This document shows positions 9,976 to 20,035 of a stretch of DNA of 64,000 nt, piece by piece; within the stretch, counting starts at the first letter, position 1, and every line of letters starts with the position of its first letter. The translations under genes and the position numbers were made by a program. This stretch comes from an uncultured bacterium (GTDB lineage Bacteria > Desulfobacterota_D > UBA1144 > Nemesobacterales > UBA2774). Under the pieces are notes generated by a model. It was not told the origin of the DNA. It worked only from the letters and a program-made list of their open reading frames with translations, and did not search any database. The stretch is from assembly GCA_963705505.1 (NCBI GenBank), contig CAVPJU010000003.1:64001-128000 (forward strand), written 5' to 3'.

Positions 9976-11234
9976 ATGGAAGTACGATCGATAAGGGGAT
10001 TCCACGACATCCTGCCCGAGGAAATCAGAAGGTGGCATTATATAGAGGAAAAGGCCAAAACCGTCTTCGAGCTCTACGGGTTTTCCGAGATCAGGATACC
10101 CGTCATCGAATTCACTGAAATCTTCTCAAGGAGCCTGGGCACGACTACGGATATCGTGGAGAAGGAGATGTACACGTTTGAGGACAGGGACGGCTCGTCG
10201 CTGACGCTCAGGCCCGAAGGCACTGCGGGCGTCGTCAGAGCGTTCATAGAGAACTCGATGTGGGCGAAATCCCCCGTCACGAAGCTCTACTACGGGGGCA
10301 TGATGTTCAGACACGAAAGGCCGCAAAAGGGGCGCTACAGGGGGTTTTATCAGATAGGCGCGGAAATCTTCGGACCCGAAGAGCCGTCTTCGGATGCGGA
10401 GCTCATAGCGATGGTCTGGAGGCTATTCGAGGAGATCGGAATAACGGAGTATTTAAAACTCGAGTTAAGCTCGCTCGGGGACAAAAACTGCAGGCCGCAG
10501 TACAAGGAAAAACTCACCGCGTATTTCACCCCTCAAAGGGGTGAGCTCTGCGAGGACTGCAGGAGGAGGCTCGAGACGAATCCCCTCAGAATACTCGACT
10601 GCAAGGAGAAGGGGTGCAGGGAGATCGCCGAGCGCGCCCCCAAGATGATAGACAACCTCTGCGCAGACTGCACCCGGCATTTCGACGAGGTAAAGGAAAA
10701 TCTGGAGAGCGTCGGCGTCCCATTCGTCATCAACCCCAAGATAGTCAGGGGGCTTGACTACTATACGCGGACGGTTTTCGAAATAACCACCGAAGAGCTC
10801 GGGTCGCAGAACGCGGTCGCCGCAGGCGGGAGGTACGACGGGCTCGTCGAGGAGCTGGGAGGGCCCCTGGTACGCCGGCAGTCGGGTTTGCCATGGGCCT
10901 GGAGAGGCTCGTGCTGCTTCACGAGAAGGCTTTCCCCGACGGGTTCGGCAAGGAAGTCAGGGTGTTCATCGCACACCTGGGCGAAGAAGCCAGGAAAAAG
11001 GCGTTTATGCTCGCGTCCGAGCTCAGGAAAAAAGGCGTCCCCACGGAGACCGAGTACGGCGTCAAGAGCCTCAAAAGCCAGCTCAAGCGCGCCGACAAAT
11101 CGGGGGCCAGGTATACGTTTATATTAGGCGAAGACGAGCTTAACCGGGGCGTCGTAAAGGTGAGGTATATGGATACGAGCACCGAGGAAGAGATGGAAAC
11201 CGGCCGCGCGCTGAAGCTCGTCACCGAACGATAA
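9976..11234 (+). CDS. hisS: Histidine--tRNA ligase, frameshift at ~10864-10868 (probable sequencing error)
   Basis: RGFHD, LRPEGTA, RHERPQKGRYR, VRGLDYY and GGRYD motifs. The second frame continues PAVGFAMGLERL plus the anticodon-binding domain. Confidence 0.95.
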
Positions 11235-11276
11235 TGCAGGGACGGGAGTCCCTTAAGCAGCTATATCGTCACCCGC

Positions 11277-11798
11277 TCACTTTGCTTTCCAGTAAAGCGA
11301 GTTCACTTCGAGGTAGTCCTTGATGAACATATCGGCGAGCTCGGAAACGTTCCCCTCGACGCATTCCTTAAGCTCAGCAGTATTGCATGACAGGAGCTTC
11401 CCCACAGACCACGTGGAGGCAGCGGTCGTGATATTCTGCCCGAGCTTCTTCCCGAAAAGCACCACGGTCTGGCATAGCTCGAGGTCGAGGTAAATGGCGT
11501 AGTGATCGCCGCTCGCAGCTTTGCTGGCGACGACTTTAACGAGGAGGTAAGCGCCTCCGAAGACGGTGAACCACTTCCTGTCCTCGAGCACCTTTATATT
11601 CGCCTTGTCGAGCTTCTGTACTATTAACCCCTTTATGTCCCCTTCCTTAACCCCGTCCTCTCTCGCGAAGTCCGATACCTCGTCCACTATTACGGCGACG
11701 CCGGATATGTCGGCGAGCGTTTCCTTGCCCGCGGCCAAAGCCGATACGCCCGGGAGAAGCACGCTAAGAAACAAAATGACTGTCGGAGCGATTCTCAA
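11277..11798 (-). CDS. Hypothetical secreted protein
   Basis: Signal peptide (..VSALA), 173 aa, host-like codon usage. Confidence 0.65.
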   Translation of the reverse strand: MRIAPTVILFLSVLLPGVSALAAGKETLADISGVAVIVDEVSDFAREDGVKEGDIKGLIVQKLDKANIKVLEDRKWFTVFGGAYLLVKVVASKAASGDHYAIYLDLELCQTVVLFGKKLGQNITTAASTWSVGKLLSCNTAELKECVEGNVSELADMFIKDYLEVNSLYWKAK

Positions 11799-11902
11799 TC
11801 CGTTTATAAATATATTCAGTCCGGCGATGAATTAAAAGCGTGATATTCAGAGGATGGCGGGACCGTATAAGGGGCGAATATGCACGGTAAGGAAGCCCGG
11901 GC

Positions 11903-14900
11903 TCAGGAGACGTCGCCTGATACCTTCTTTCCGCAGAATTCACAGAGGAGCTCGAGATTGGTTTTCACTATTTCGTGGGGACCGGGATAGGATTTTTTTG
12001 TAAACACCTTCAAGGCTTCCTGATAGGCTTCGGCAGCCTTGTCGCTATTCCGCGAGCGGTCTTCCTCCTCGGCGAGGGTCGTATACGCGCCGCCTATATT
12101 ATTCTCCGTGGTCGCGTACTGGATGGGGAATTTATCGACCGTGTAGACGATGAGGGCCGTCTCATAGGCGTTGATCGCCCTCTTGCAGTTCTTTGCCCTC
12201 TCCTCGACTTCGGAAAGCATCCTGTACACGACTCCCAGGTTATTCTGCGTCGCCGCGAACTGCAGCGGGTAGCTCTGGATCGTCCTCACCTTGAGCGCCT
12301 TTTCGAACGTCTTCACGGCCATCTTGCAGTTGGCCTCTTTTTCCTCGACGTCCGCAAGCGTCATGTAGGCAGTACCGAGGTTATTCTTCGTGGAGCCGAA
12401 CTGGACGGGGTGCTCCTTTTCGTTGTATACCCTGAACGCCTCCCTGTAGGAATTCACGGCCCTCTTGCAGTTCTTCCCCTTCTCCTCGACCTCGGCGAGA
12501 GTCCTGTAAACTATGCCAAGGTTGTTCTGTGTCGCGGCGTACTCGAGCGGGTATTCCTTGAGGTTATACACTTTGAGCACGCGCTCGAAAGATCTTACGC
12601 CCTTCTTCAAATACTCCGCCGCTTCCCCTGTCTCGGCCAGACGCTTATACAGGGTCCCGAGGCTGCTCAGTATGGACGCGTATTCCACGGGCATCCGCTC
12701 GCACGTATAGTATTTGAGCGCCTCCTCAAACGACTCCGCCGCGGCTTTGAAGCTCTCGGGGTCGCCTGAATTTTCAGAAATGCTCTCAAAGGCGGCCGCG
12801 ATATTCTTCCGGATGAGCCCGTAGTCCTGCGGCGAGTTTTCAAAAGTAATAACGGCCAGCGCCTTTTCGTATGCGTCTATCGCCTTTCCGTAATACTCCG
12901 TCTGCCCCTTCTTGCGGGCAATATTGCCGTAGGCTATGCCCATGTACTTATTTATTTCGGCGAAATCAAACGGAGAGGTCTCGCGGCCATATCCGCCGAG
13001 CGCTTTCGTGAACGCATCCACCGCCAGGAAATTATCGTCGGCGCGCTCCTCGACCTCGGCGAGGACACCGTAAGCGAACCCTATATGCTTCTCTATCCGG
13101 CAGTGCTTGGACAGGTGCTGCGCGGGATCGAAAACACCGAGCGCTTCGGTGTATGCGCCGATCGCCTTTTTATACTCCCCCGGATGACCTTTTATCTCCG
13201 CAAGCGCGCGGTATATGTTGCCCGTGCTCTCCTTAATCGCGCCGAACTCGAGTGGGGATTTTTCCTTCGTGAGCACACGTAAAGCCTCGTTATACGCACC
13301 GATAGCCCGTTCATAGCTCTTGACGTCACCCGATTTCTCGGCAATATGCGTGCATGAAGACGCGATGCCGCTTTGTGTCGCCGCATACTCCTCGGGGGAC
13401 TCTTCAAACGAATAGAATTTGAGAGCGTCTTCGTAAGATTTCAACGCCTTTCTGAAATTATTCTGAACCCCGCTGGTCATCCCCAGCTCCTCATACGCTC
13501 TGCCGAGACCCAGCTTCAGTGATGCGTACAGGAGAGGCGATTCCCCGGACGAGTCATGCTTTAAGCTCTCTTCGTAGTACTCCACAGCCTCTTCGGGGTT
13601 ATCGAATTCGACTTCCCGGGAGAGGGTTATAATATCCGCCTCTTCACCGGGCGCGCTCCCGCACTCTTCTGTCTGCGCCGGCTCCGACCCGGTTTCGTAT
13701 TCGTCATGCTTTACGATTTTCAGCAGAGGGCGCTCTCTATCTTTTTCGGGCTCTTCAACTGCGGACTGAAATTCATTAGCTTCGTCTGTTTCAGCGGTCC
13801 CGGCCTCATCATTCCCGGACATTAAGCCCCGCACGTTCCCGAGGCTTTCCATAACCTCTCCATATTCACGGGGAAACTCATCAGGGGTAAAAACCCTGAG
13901 CGCCTCCTCAAACGCGTGAACGGCGCTCTCCATGCTCCCTGGTTCATCCGGAGCCGCGAGGATTTCCGAATAGAGCTTCCCGATCTCGCTCTGGATCCCG
14001 GCGTATTCGGACGGATGATCGGAAATATTAAAAATCCCGAGCGCGTGCTTATACGCTTCGACCGCCTTCCCCGCGTTGATAAGCGGCTCTTCAACCCTGC
14101 TCAGAGCGGCGTAAGCGGAGCCCAGCCGCTTCCGTATGACCGCGTGCTCGAGCGGGAAAAGCCCTGCAGTATGGTAGTTGAGCGCTTCCTGATAACATCC
14201 TATCTTTTTATTGATGTCCCACGCCTCTACATCTCCGAGCTCACTTAAGAGCCCCCCCAGAAGCCCGTATAGCTCCTTCCGCTTATCCGCGCACGGTTCA
14301 TCGGTGAAGAAGGAGAGGGCTTCCTTATAAGAATCTACGGCAAGCTCAATATTGACCGCCCTCTCGTCCGTTATGCTCCCGTAAAAATCGCCGATCCTCC
14401 TGTGGGCTTCCGCGTACTCGGCCGGGAAATCGAGCGGGTCATAGAGACTGAGTAGCCCTCTATAGCTCACGGCCGCTCCCTCGCGGTCTCCCGAGCTCTC
14501 GAGCGATTCGGCAAGCGCCGTATACAATGCACCGAGAGAGCGGGTGATATCCATATATTCCTCCTCCCTCTCACGGCCGCAGCACTCCAGCGCTTCGGAA
14601 TAAGCGACTATAGCCTTCCTCAGGTCATCGACACCGCCTCTTTCTCTGTAGAGCCTTTCGAATACTTCTCCAAGCTTTCTACCATTAGCCGAGTGCTCCC
14701 TTCGGGCGATTTCCTCGGGATAGTGCATGAGCGCCTCGTCGTAGTATTCGATCGCCTTTTCCGGATCGTTCGATTCAGCCTGCATATCGCCGAGCGCCTT
14801 GAGCACATCCCCGATTCTGATGTTAACTATTCTCGAATCCTCTGCGGCGCTTTCGCGAGTGTAGATGCTTAATGATTCCTCATAAGCATTCAACGCTTCC

Positions 14901-16168
14901 TCGTAGACAGCCCTGTCGCCGTTAGCGCGGGCGAGCGACTCGTAAGCATCGCCGAGCCTCATTTTCATAAGCGCATACTCGGCCGGTGAATTCTCAAGCA
15001 GTCCGCAGGAAAGAGATTCCAGAAAAGACTCCACTGCCTGCCTCCCGTACTCACGCTCCCCAGTCAGGGAGAAGAGAGCGCCGAGCGCGACCCCGAGGTT
15101 ATTGCGGACTGCGGCAAACTCGCGGGGGTACCTGTCGGCCCTGAAGAACCCGAGGACCTCTTTATAGATACCTGCGGCTCTCTCAATATTATCCTTCTCA
15201 TCCTGTGAAAACGAATAGCGTATGAGCGTGTCGGCAAGCTTCTTTCCCATTATGGCCGCGAGTAATCCGGGTTTTTCCCGCCCGAGTATCCTTTCGTAGA
15301 CCCCGGCGCACTTCCCTGAATACCGACGCAGAACGTCGGTGTCGTCCTCCGATTCCAGGAGTCCCGAATAGAGGGACGCGAGACAGCTGAGGATCCGTGA
15401 AGGGACCTGCCTGCCCGTCTTCGATTCCCATGCGTCGAGCTCTTCGTATAATTCGTCAACGTCGGCGAAGCCGAAATCGTTCCGCGATGTGCAGTATCCG
15501 GACACCCTGAGCGCGGCATTCCGCAAGCTGCCGGCGTCTTCCGGACGCGGAATCTCGACGGTATTGAGACAATCGTTGATATAGCTCTCCATGATCCCGG
15601 GGAGAGCTTGCTCTAATCTTTTCATTATCGGATTTTCGGGGGATTCGCCGTGCTCGACACCGGCTGGGGGTCCGAGGTCTATGCTTTCCTGCAAATGACC
15701 GTTCAGAACTTTTTCGTAGTAAAAGCGTGCCGAATCCAACACACGCCCGGTTTCCGGCTCAAAGGAAGTTTTGGAATCTCCGTTCCGGTTTATCTCCCCG
15801 TCCGCTCCGTTTGACGAGCATTTTCTTCCGAGAGTGAGGATAATTTTTCCACCGCCCCTCAGAAACCCGAATTCATAAAACTCGTCAGGGCCCAGTCCGT
15901 CGAGTATAAGGACACCGAGCAGACATTCCCTGGCAAGCTCTTCGAAACGATCGATGTATTGTCCGTTCAGAAAGGCGTAATCGGAGAGTAAATTGACCTG
16001 AATACCTTTTTGGAGGAGATAATTCCTGAGGGGGTCGAGAATATCGCGGATGTCGCCGGCATTGCTCCCTGACCCGTGCAGAACGACGCACGTGAGCTCA
16101 CTCCCGGCACTGATAAGCCCGCAGATTTTCCTTGTTCCCGTTAACCCGGACTGAGTCCTGCCTGACAT
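11903..16168 (-). CDS. Large tetratricopeptide-repeat protein with N-terminal TIR/nucleoside-deoxyribosyltransferase-like domain
   Basis: Many ~42-aa repeats of type YPxxYAxTQNNLGxxYxxL. N-terminal beta/alpha pattern CVVLH..IQVNLL..CLLGVLILDG..EFYEFGFLRG..KIIL. Confidence 0.8.
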   Translation of the reverse strand: MSGRTQSGLTGTRKICGLISAGSELTCVVLHGSGSNAGDIRDILDPLRNYLLQKGIQVNLLSDYAFLNGQYIDRFEELARECLLGVLILDGLGPDEFYEFGFLRGGGKIILTLGRKCSSNGADGEINRNGDSKTSFEPETGRVLDSARFYYEKVLNGHLQESIDLGPPAGVEHGESPENPIMKRLEQALPGIMESYINDCLNTVEIPRPEDAGSLRNAALRVSGYCTSRNDFGFADVDELYEELDAWESKTGRQVPSRILSCLASLYSGLLESEDDTDVLRRYSGKCAGVYERILGREKPGLLAAIMGKKLADTLIRYSFSQDEKDNIERAAGIYKEVLGFFRADRYPREFAAVRNNLGVALGALFSLTGEREYGRQAVESFLESLSCGLLENSPAEYALMKMRLGDAYESLARANGDRAVYEEALNAYEESLSIYTRESAAEDSRIVNIRIGDVLKALGDMQAESNDPEKAIEYYDEALMHYPEEIARREHSANGRKLGEVFERLYRERGGVDDLRKAIVAYSEALECCGREREEEYMDITRSLGALYTALAESLESSGDREGAAVSYRGLLSLYDPLDFPAEYAEAHRRIGDFYGSITDERAVNIELAVDSYKEALSFFTDEPCADKRKELYGLLGGLLSELGDVEAWDINKKIGCYQEALNYHTAGLFPLEHAVIRKRLGSAYAALSRVEEPLINAGKAVEAYKHALGIFNISDHPSEYAGIQSEIGKLYSEILAAPDEPGSMESAVHAFEEALRVFTPDEFPREYGEVMESLGNVRGLMSGNDEAGTAETDEANEFQSAVEEPEKDRERPLLKIVKHDEYETGSEPAQTEECGSAPGEEADIITLSREVEFDNPEEAVEYYEESLKHDSSGESPLLYASLKLGLGRAYEELGMTSGVQNNFRKALKSYEDALKFYSFEESPEEYAATQSGIASSCTHIAEKSGDVKSYERAIGAYNEALRVLTKEKSPLEFGAIKESTGNIYRALAEIKGHPGEYKKAIGAYTEALGVFDPAQHLSKHCRIEKHIGFAYGVLAEVEERADDNFLAVDAFTKALGGYGRETSPFDFAEINKYMGIAYGNIARKKGQTEYYGKAIDAYEKALAVITFENSPQDYGLIRKNIAAAFESISENSGDPESFKAAAESFEEALKYYTCERMPVEYASILSSLGTLYKRLAETGEAAEYLKKGVRSFERVLKVYNLKEYPLEYAATQNNLGIVYRTLAEVEEKGKNCKRAVNSYREAFRVYNEKEHPVQFGSTKNNLGTAYMTLADVEEKEANCKMAVKTFEKALKVRTIQSYPLQFAATQNNLGVVYRMLSEVEERAKNCKRAINAYETALIVYTVDKFPIQYATTENNIGGAYTTLAEEEDRSRNSDKAAEAYQEALKVFTKKSYPGPHEIVKTNLELLCEFCGKKVSGDVS

Positions 16169-16334
16169 ATCCCGTTATCCCCTCTGGAGCTCCCGGAAAC
16201 TTACGCGCTTTAATAAATCCATTCGACAAAAAGCGCCGCTTCCGGATTACATCTGCAAACAGTCTGAGGGAGGGAATCCTGAAGACACAGTGCCGGCTAA
16301 GACACATTTAAGGAGCGAACTTAAGGCATGTCCC

Positions 16335-16430
16335 GACTTCGGCAGCCCAGCCGCCGTCATGCTCGATCTGAGAGCATTAAGGCCTGTGACTTTGCGTCCC
16401 ACCCTTTCGAATGGTTTGCCTTTTCGGTCA
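16335..16430 (-). ncRNA. Cyclic-di-GMP-I (GEMM-I) riboswitch
   Basis: Minus strand reads GACCGAAAAGGCAAACCAUUCGAAAGGGUGGGACGCAAAGUCACAGGCCUUAA...GGCGGCUGGGCUGCCGAAGUC. The core is nearly identical to Vibrio Vc2 (GGCAAACCAUUCGAAAGAGUGGGACGCAAAG...CCGA). Confidence 0.93.
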
Positions 16431-16457
16431 TGGAAATCTATGACCCCAACTTAATAA

Positions 16458-16486
16458 AAGTTATATCTTATTCGGGTCCGTGTCAA
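16458..16486 (-). promoter_or_regulatory. Sigma70-type promoter for the riboswitch-TPR transcript
   Basis: TTGACA-N17-TAACTT on the minus strand, ~30 nt upstream of the aptamer. Confidence 0.65.
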
Positions 16487-16627
16487 TGTAATTTCAATAA
16501 TAATTACGGACATAAAGATGGAGAAGAGCCCCTTTTCAGGTAAAATTCCGCCCTCTCGGTTGAATTTTATTTTGAATGCTGTGTTTTATCCGAATCCGGA
16601 CTACCCGATCCGACCCGCCCCAGGTTT

Positions 16628-17059
16628 TTATTCTATTTTTTTGAAGCACTGGCCGCAAAATTTCGTCCCCTCGTATATCTCCGCCCCGCAGTCGCAAAAA
16701 GCCACGACCCTCGGTTTGGCAAGGGCCATGACGCTCCCGAGGGCCTTGCTGGCGTTTACATGCACAAGCCTCAGCCGCTCCTCCCACTCTTCGATCTCGG
16801 CCTCGATATTATCTATTTCACCGCACCTCGCCCCTATGGTCTCTTCGACGACTTTCCCCGTATGCTTGAACGTCCTGTAAACGGTGCTCCCCATATCGAA
16901 TAGAGCCTCCCTCTTCCTGCGGCCAAGCTGCCTCAGGGTGTTTTTGATTCTAATCGCGTCGTATGCCTCTTTCGACCTTATATTTATTATCCTGAGGCCT
17001 TTATTTACCCCGTCTTTAAATATTGTTAGAATGTCCCGGGTGTCCGGATTATCCGACAT
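16628..17059 (-). CDS. Coiled-coil protein with C-terminal zinc ribbon
   Basis: C-terminal CDCG...KFCGQC. GAGGAG RBS. Confidence 0.75.
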   Translation of the reverse strand: MSDNPDTRDILTIFKDGVNKGLRIINIRSKEAYDAIRIKNTLRQLGRRKREALFDMGSTVYRTFKHTGKVVEETIGARCGEIDNIEAEIEEWEERLRLVHVNASKALGSVMALAKPRVVAFCDCGAEIYEGTKFCGQCFKKIE

Positions 17060-17443
17060 TGTCTCGCTCCTCTCGTTTAATCAATAAAACCGTCCCGTCG
17101 GGCAGGCTCTCAAAATGATACTCGATTAAGTCAAAAGGAGAAACGGATAATTCATTGCGAAGCTCAAAAAAGAACCCGGACATTCTCGATTGTCCCCTGC
17201 CCCGAGGAAAAATGATTGACTGGGGGAAGAGATAGGATAATCTTTTATAAGTCTTTTTCGGTTATGTCTTTTAGAGGAGTGTAAGAAATATCGTCTTTCT
17301 ACTCGCACCACGCTGCTGACCCTCCTGAAAAGCCCGGAAGTCAGGCTGCCCTGCCCGAAAATATTAACAGATAAATCCTAGGGGGAATTTCGATGAAATC
17401 GTTATACCGGAATTGCTATGGCAAAGAAAACTGGACATATGAT

Positions 17444-19870
17444 ATGAACCCGAAAACGTCCCGCATCCGTCTCGCGCTGCTGATTATCCTGTCGATATCG
17501 GCGGTATGTGTTTCCATGCCGTTCGCATCGGTATCCGGGGAAAACCCCGCGAAGCCGGAAGAAACTGTCGTCGTGCTTGAGGAATGGCAGGTAAAAGGGC
17601 TCACCGGAGCCTTGCAAGACCCGAATCCCGCGGTCGTGCAAAAGGCGATAGGGGAGCTTGCCAAAACCAAGAAAAGGAGCGATATCCCCGAGCTCCCCGG
17701 GCTGCTGAAGGATAAGGATATTCAGGTCCGTAAAGCCGCATTGATGGCTGCCGGGGGGATGGGGGCATCTTCAAAAGACCTCCTTCCTCAGATCGTTGAG
17801 AATCTGGGCGACAGTAACGATAGCATCCGCTACAACGCGGTGGCGGCCCTCAGTAAAATCGGCGGCTTGAATTCGAAACAGACCCAGTCGGTGATTCCGC
17901 TCCTGGGCGACAAGGACAAATTGGTAAGCCTCGCGGCCGTCGAGGTGATCGCAAGTAATTCGAAGGCATCCGCTCAGCAGATACAGGCGGTAGTGCGTCT
18001 CCTGAATAATAAAAACCCCGACACGCGCTCGGCTGCGGCAGCCGTGCTCGGCAAAATGGGGCCTGCGGGCTCGCGGCAGAGCGCCAAAATTGCAAGACTC
18101 CTCAAGGATGAGGACGAAGAGGTCAGGATAAGCGCAGTACGCGCTCTCGGGGCGTTCGGGGAATCCTCAAAACCCTACGCGAAGGAAATCGCCGGCTTAT
18201 TAAGAGACAGGAGCGGGTACATAAGGCTCAGTGTTCTACAATCGCTCGGAAATATCGGCGACATACCGAAAGAGTCACGGTCCCTCGTAGTCGCGTTATT
18301 AAAGGACAGGGACAGGAGAGTCAACGACGAAGCTGCAAGAACTATAGGCAAGATCGGTAAAGGGAAAAGCGATACAGTGGACGCAGTCGTGTATCTGCTG
18401 AAAGACCTGAACACAAATGTGAGAATGAACGCGCTTAACGCACTGGGCGAGCTCGGAACCAGCGCCCAGGATAAAGCGCCCCGGGTAGCGGAGCTTCTTA
18501 ACGACCCGGACCCTTTCGTACGCATGTCGGCAATTAATGCTTTGGCTAAAATGGGGGAGCGCGGGAAAGCAGAGGCCCCTAAGATCGAGGAGCACGTCAG
18601 GGATCAAGACACGAGAGTCAGCTACAACGCGATCAGAGCGTTGAGCAAAATGGGGAAACAGGGGGAAAATTACACCGAAGTATTCATGGAGCTGCTCAAG
18701 TCCAATGATAAAGTAATCAGGTCCAACGCTGCCCTGGAAATTGCATCTGCGGGAGAGCTTACGAAACCCCAGTTGGAGCAAATCGTGGGGATGCTGAAAA
18801 ACAGGGAAATAAAATTCCGCAGTACCGGGACATTCATTCTCGGCAAGATGGGAGAAAAGGCGGGGGACGCGGTGCCTTCCATTGCCGAGCTTCTGAAGGA
18901 CCCGAACCCTGTGATAAGGTCTACGGCGCTCGATGCGCTGGGGAAGATAGGGCAGGCCTCAAGCGGCCAGGCACCCCAGATCGCTTCCATGCTGAACGAC
19001 CCCGACGAGGACGTCCGCGCCAATGCCGCATGGGCTCTCGGACAAATCGGCCCCTCGGCCGAACCCGAGATTCCCGGGATTGCGAAACTATTGAAGGACA
19101 AATCGGTCAAGGTGCGGATCAATGCGGTGGACGCCTTGCTCAGTCTGGGTGAGCCGGCCCGGAATTATAATTCCGATATAGCCGCCCTTCTTAACGATGA
19201 GGACGAGAAAGTCAGGACTATTACGGCGATTGCGCTCGGGAGGATGGGCCCTCGAGCGGCGGACCAGGCTCCGAAGCTCGGTGAATTCATAAAAACCCGG
19301 AACGACGGCAAGCGGGAGAACAGGAATAGCGTCAATGCAGGCCTCGAAGCACTGGGAAACATGGGGAACGCGGCGAGCGGACAAGCCGGAGTGGTCGTAG
19401 AAACCCTCAACAGCGAGAAACAGATAATCCGTGTTACGGCAAGGGAAGCGCTCTGGAAAATGAGCCCCCTCGATAATAAGGCGGTGCTGGGAATACTCGC
19501 CGCCACATACAATAATCCGTCCGGCACCGACGATCTCAGACTGCTCGCACACTACGCCGGCGGAGGGGACGAGACAACCGAAATGCTTATAAAATGGGTA
19601 GGCGCCAATGCGGAAAAAGCACCCGCCTCTATGGACAGAAAGGAGAGTGCGGAAGTGCTTAACCTTTATCTCGACAATTGGGAATACACCGGGGGGAACG
19701 TGAAAATGCGTGAGGATTTCGTTAACCGCATTTCGGGAGCGGTGGAAGCCGGGGAATGGACAAGGGAAGACCTCCCACTGTTGAAAAAGGCCGAGGAAAC
19801 CCTGAAGTCCGGCAAATACGAAAACCAGGCTAACGCGATAAATGAGAAGATAGGAAAGGTGGAGGGATAG
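17444..19870 (+). CDS. Exported HEAT-repeat (PBS-lyase-like) protein
   Basis: Signal peptide, then ~33-aa repeats LLKDxDxxVRxxAxxALGxMG. Confidence 0.85.
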   Translation: MNPKTSRIRLALLIILSISAVCVSMPFASVSGENPAKPEETVVVLEEWQVKGLTGALQDPNPAVVQKAIGELAKTKKRSDIPELPGLLKDKDIQVRKAALMAAGGMGASSKDLLPQIVENLGDSNDSIRYNAVAALSKIGGLNSKQTQSVIPLLGDKDKLVSLAAVEVIASNSKASAQQIQAVVRLLNNKNPDTRSAAAAVLGKMGPAGSRQSAKIARLLKDEDEEVRISAVRALGAFGESSKPYAKEIAGLLRDRSGYIRLSVLQSLGNIGDIPKESRSLVVALLKDRDRRVNDEAARTIGKIGKGKSDTVDAVVYLLKDLNTNVRMNALNALGELGTSAQDKAPRVAELLNDPDPFVRMSAINALAKMGERGKAEAPKIEEHVRDQDTRVSYNAIRALSKMGKQGENYTEVFMELLKSNDKVIRSNAALEIASAGELTKPQLEQIVGMLKNREIKFRSTGTFILGKMGEKAGDAVPSIAELLKDPNPVIRSTALDALGKIGQASSGQAPQIASMLNDPDEDVRANAAWALGQIGPSAEPEIPGIAKLLKDKSVKVRINAVDALLSLGEPARNYNSDIAALLNDEDEKVRTITAIALGRMGPRAADQAPKLGEFIKTRNDGKRENRNSVNAGLEALGNMGNAASGQAGVVVETLNSEKQIIRVTAREALWKMSPLDNKAVLGILAATYNNPSGTDDLRLLAHYAGGGDETTEMLIKWVGANAEKAPASMDRKESAEVLNLYLDNWEYTGGNVKMREDFVNRISGAVEAGEWTREDLPLLKKAEETLKSGKYENQANAINEKIGKVEG

Positions 19871-20035
19871 AGTCGGCAGTATTGCCCGGTGCCCGGTACG
19901 AAAGAGGGCATGCAAAACAAGCGTTTTTTTCAGGTATGATTCCCACCTTAACGAATGACGCGTTATTTCGTCGAACCCGAAAACTCCGATAACGCCGATG
20001 TAACCTCAAGACCTTAGGGAAAGAAGAGAGACTTT

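Noticed and set aside
10855..10900. Programmed frameshift or true pseudogene in hisS
   Set aside because: No slippery heptamer, the gene is essential, and similar indels occur throughout the window.
16335..16430. 3'3'-cGAMP-sensing (GEMM-Ib) variant of the riboswitch
   Set aside because: The position equivalent to Vc2 G20 is G (AAAA-G-GCAAACC), not A, so c-di-GMP is the better call.
16255..16440. 6S RNA
   Set aside because: The structure is explained by the GEMM-I aptamer on the minus strand; no long 6S rod is evident.
19088..19915. Long antisense ORFs (also 32456-33502, 41877-42803, 11975-12769, 28222-29007)
   Set aside because: Shadow frames of well-supported genes on the opposite strand, with no recognisable motifs.
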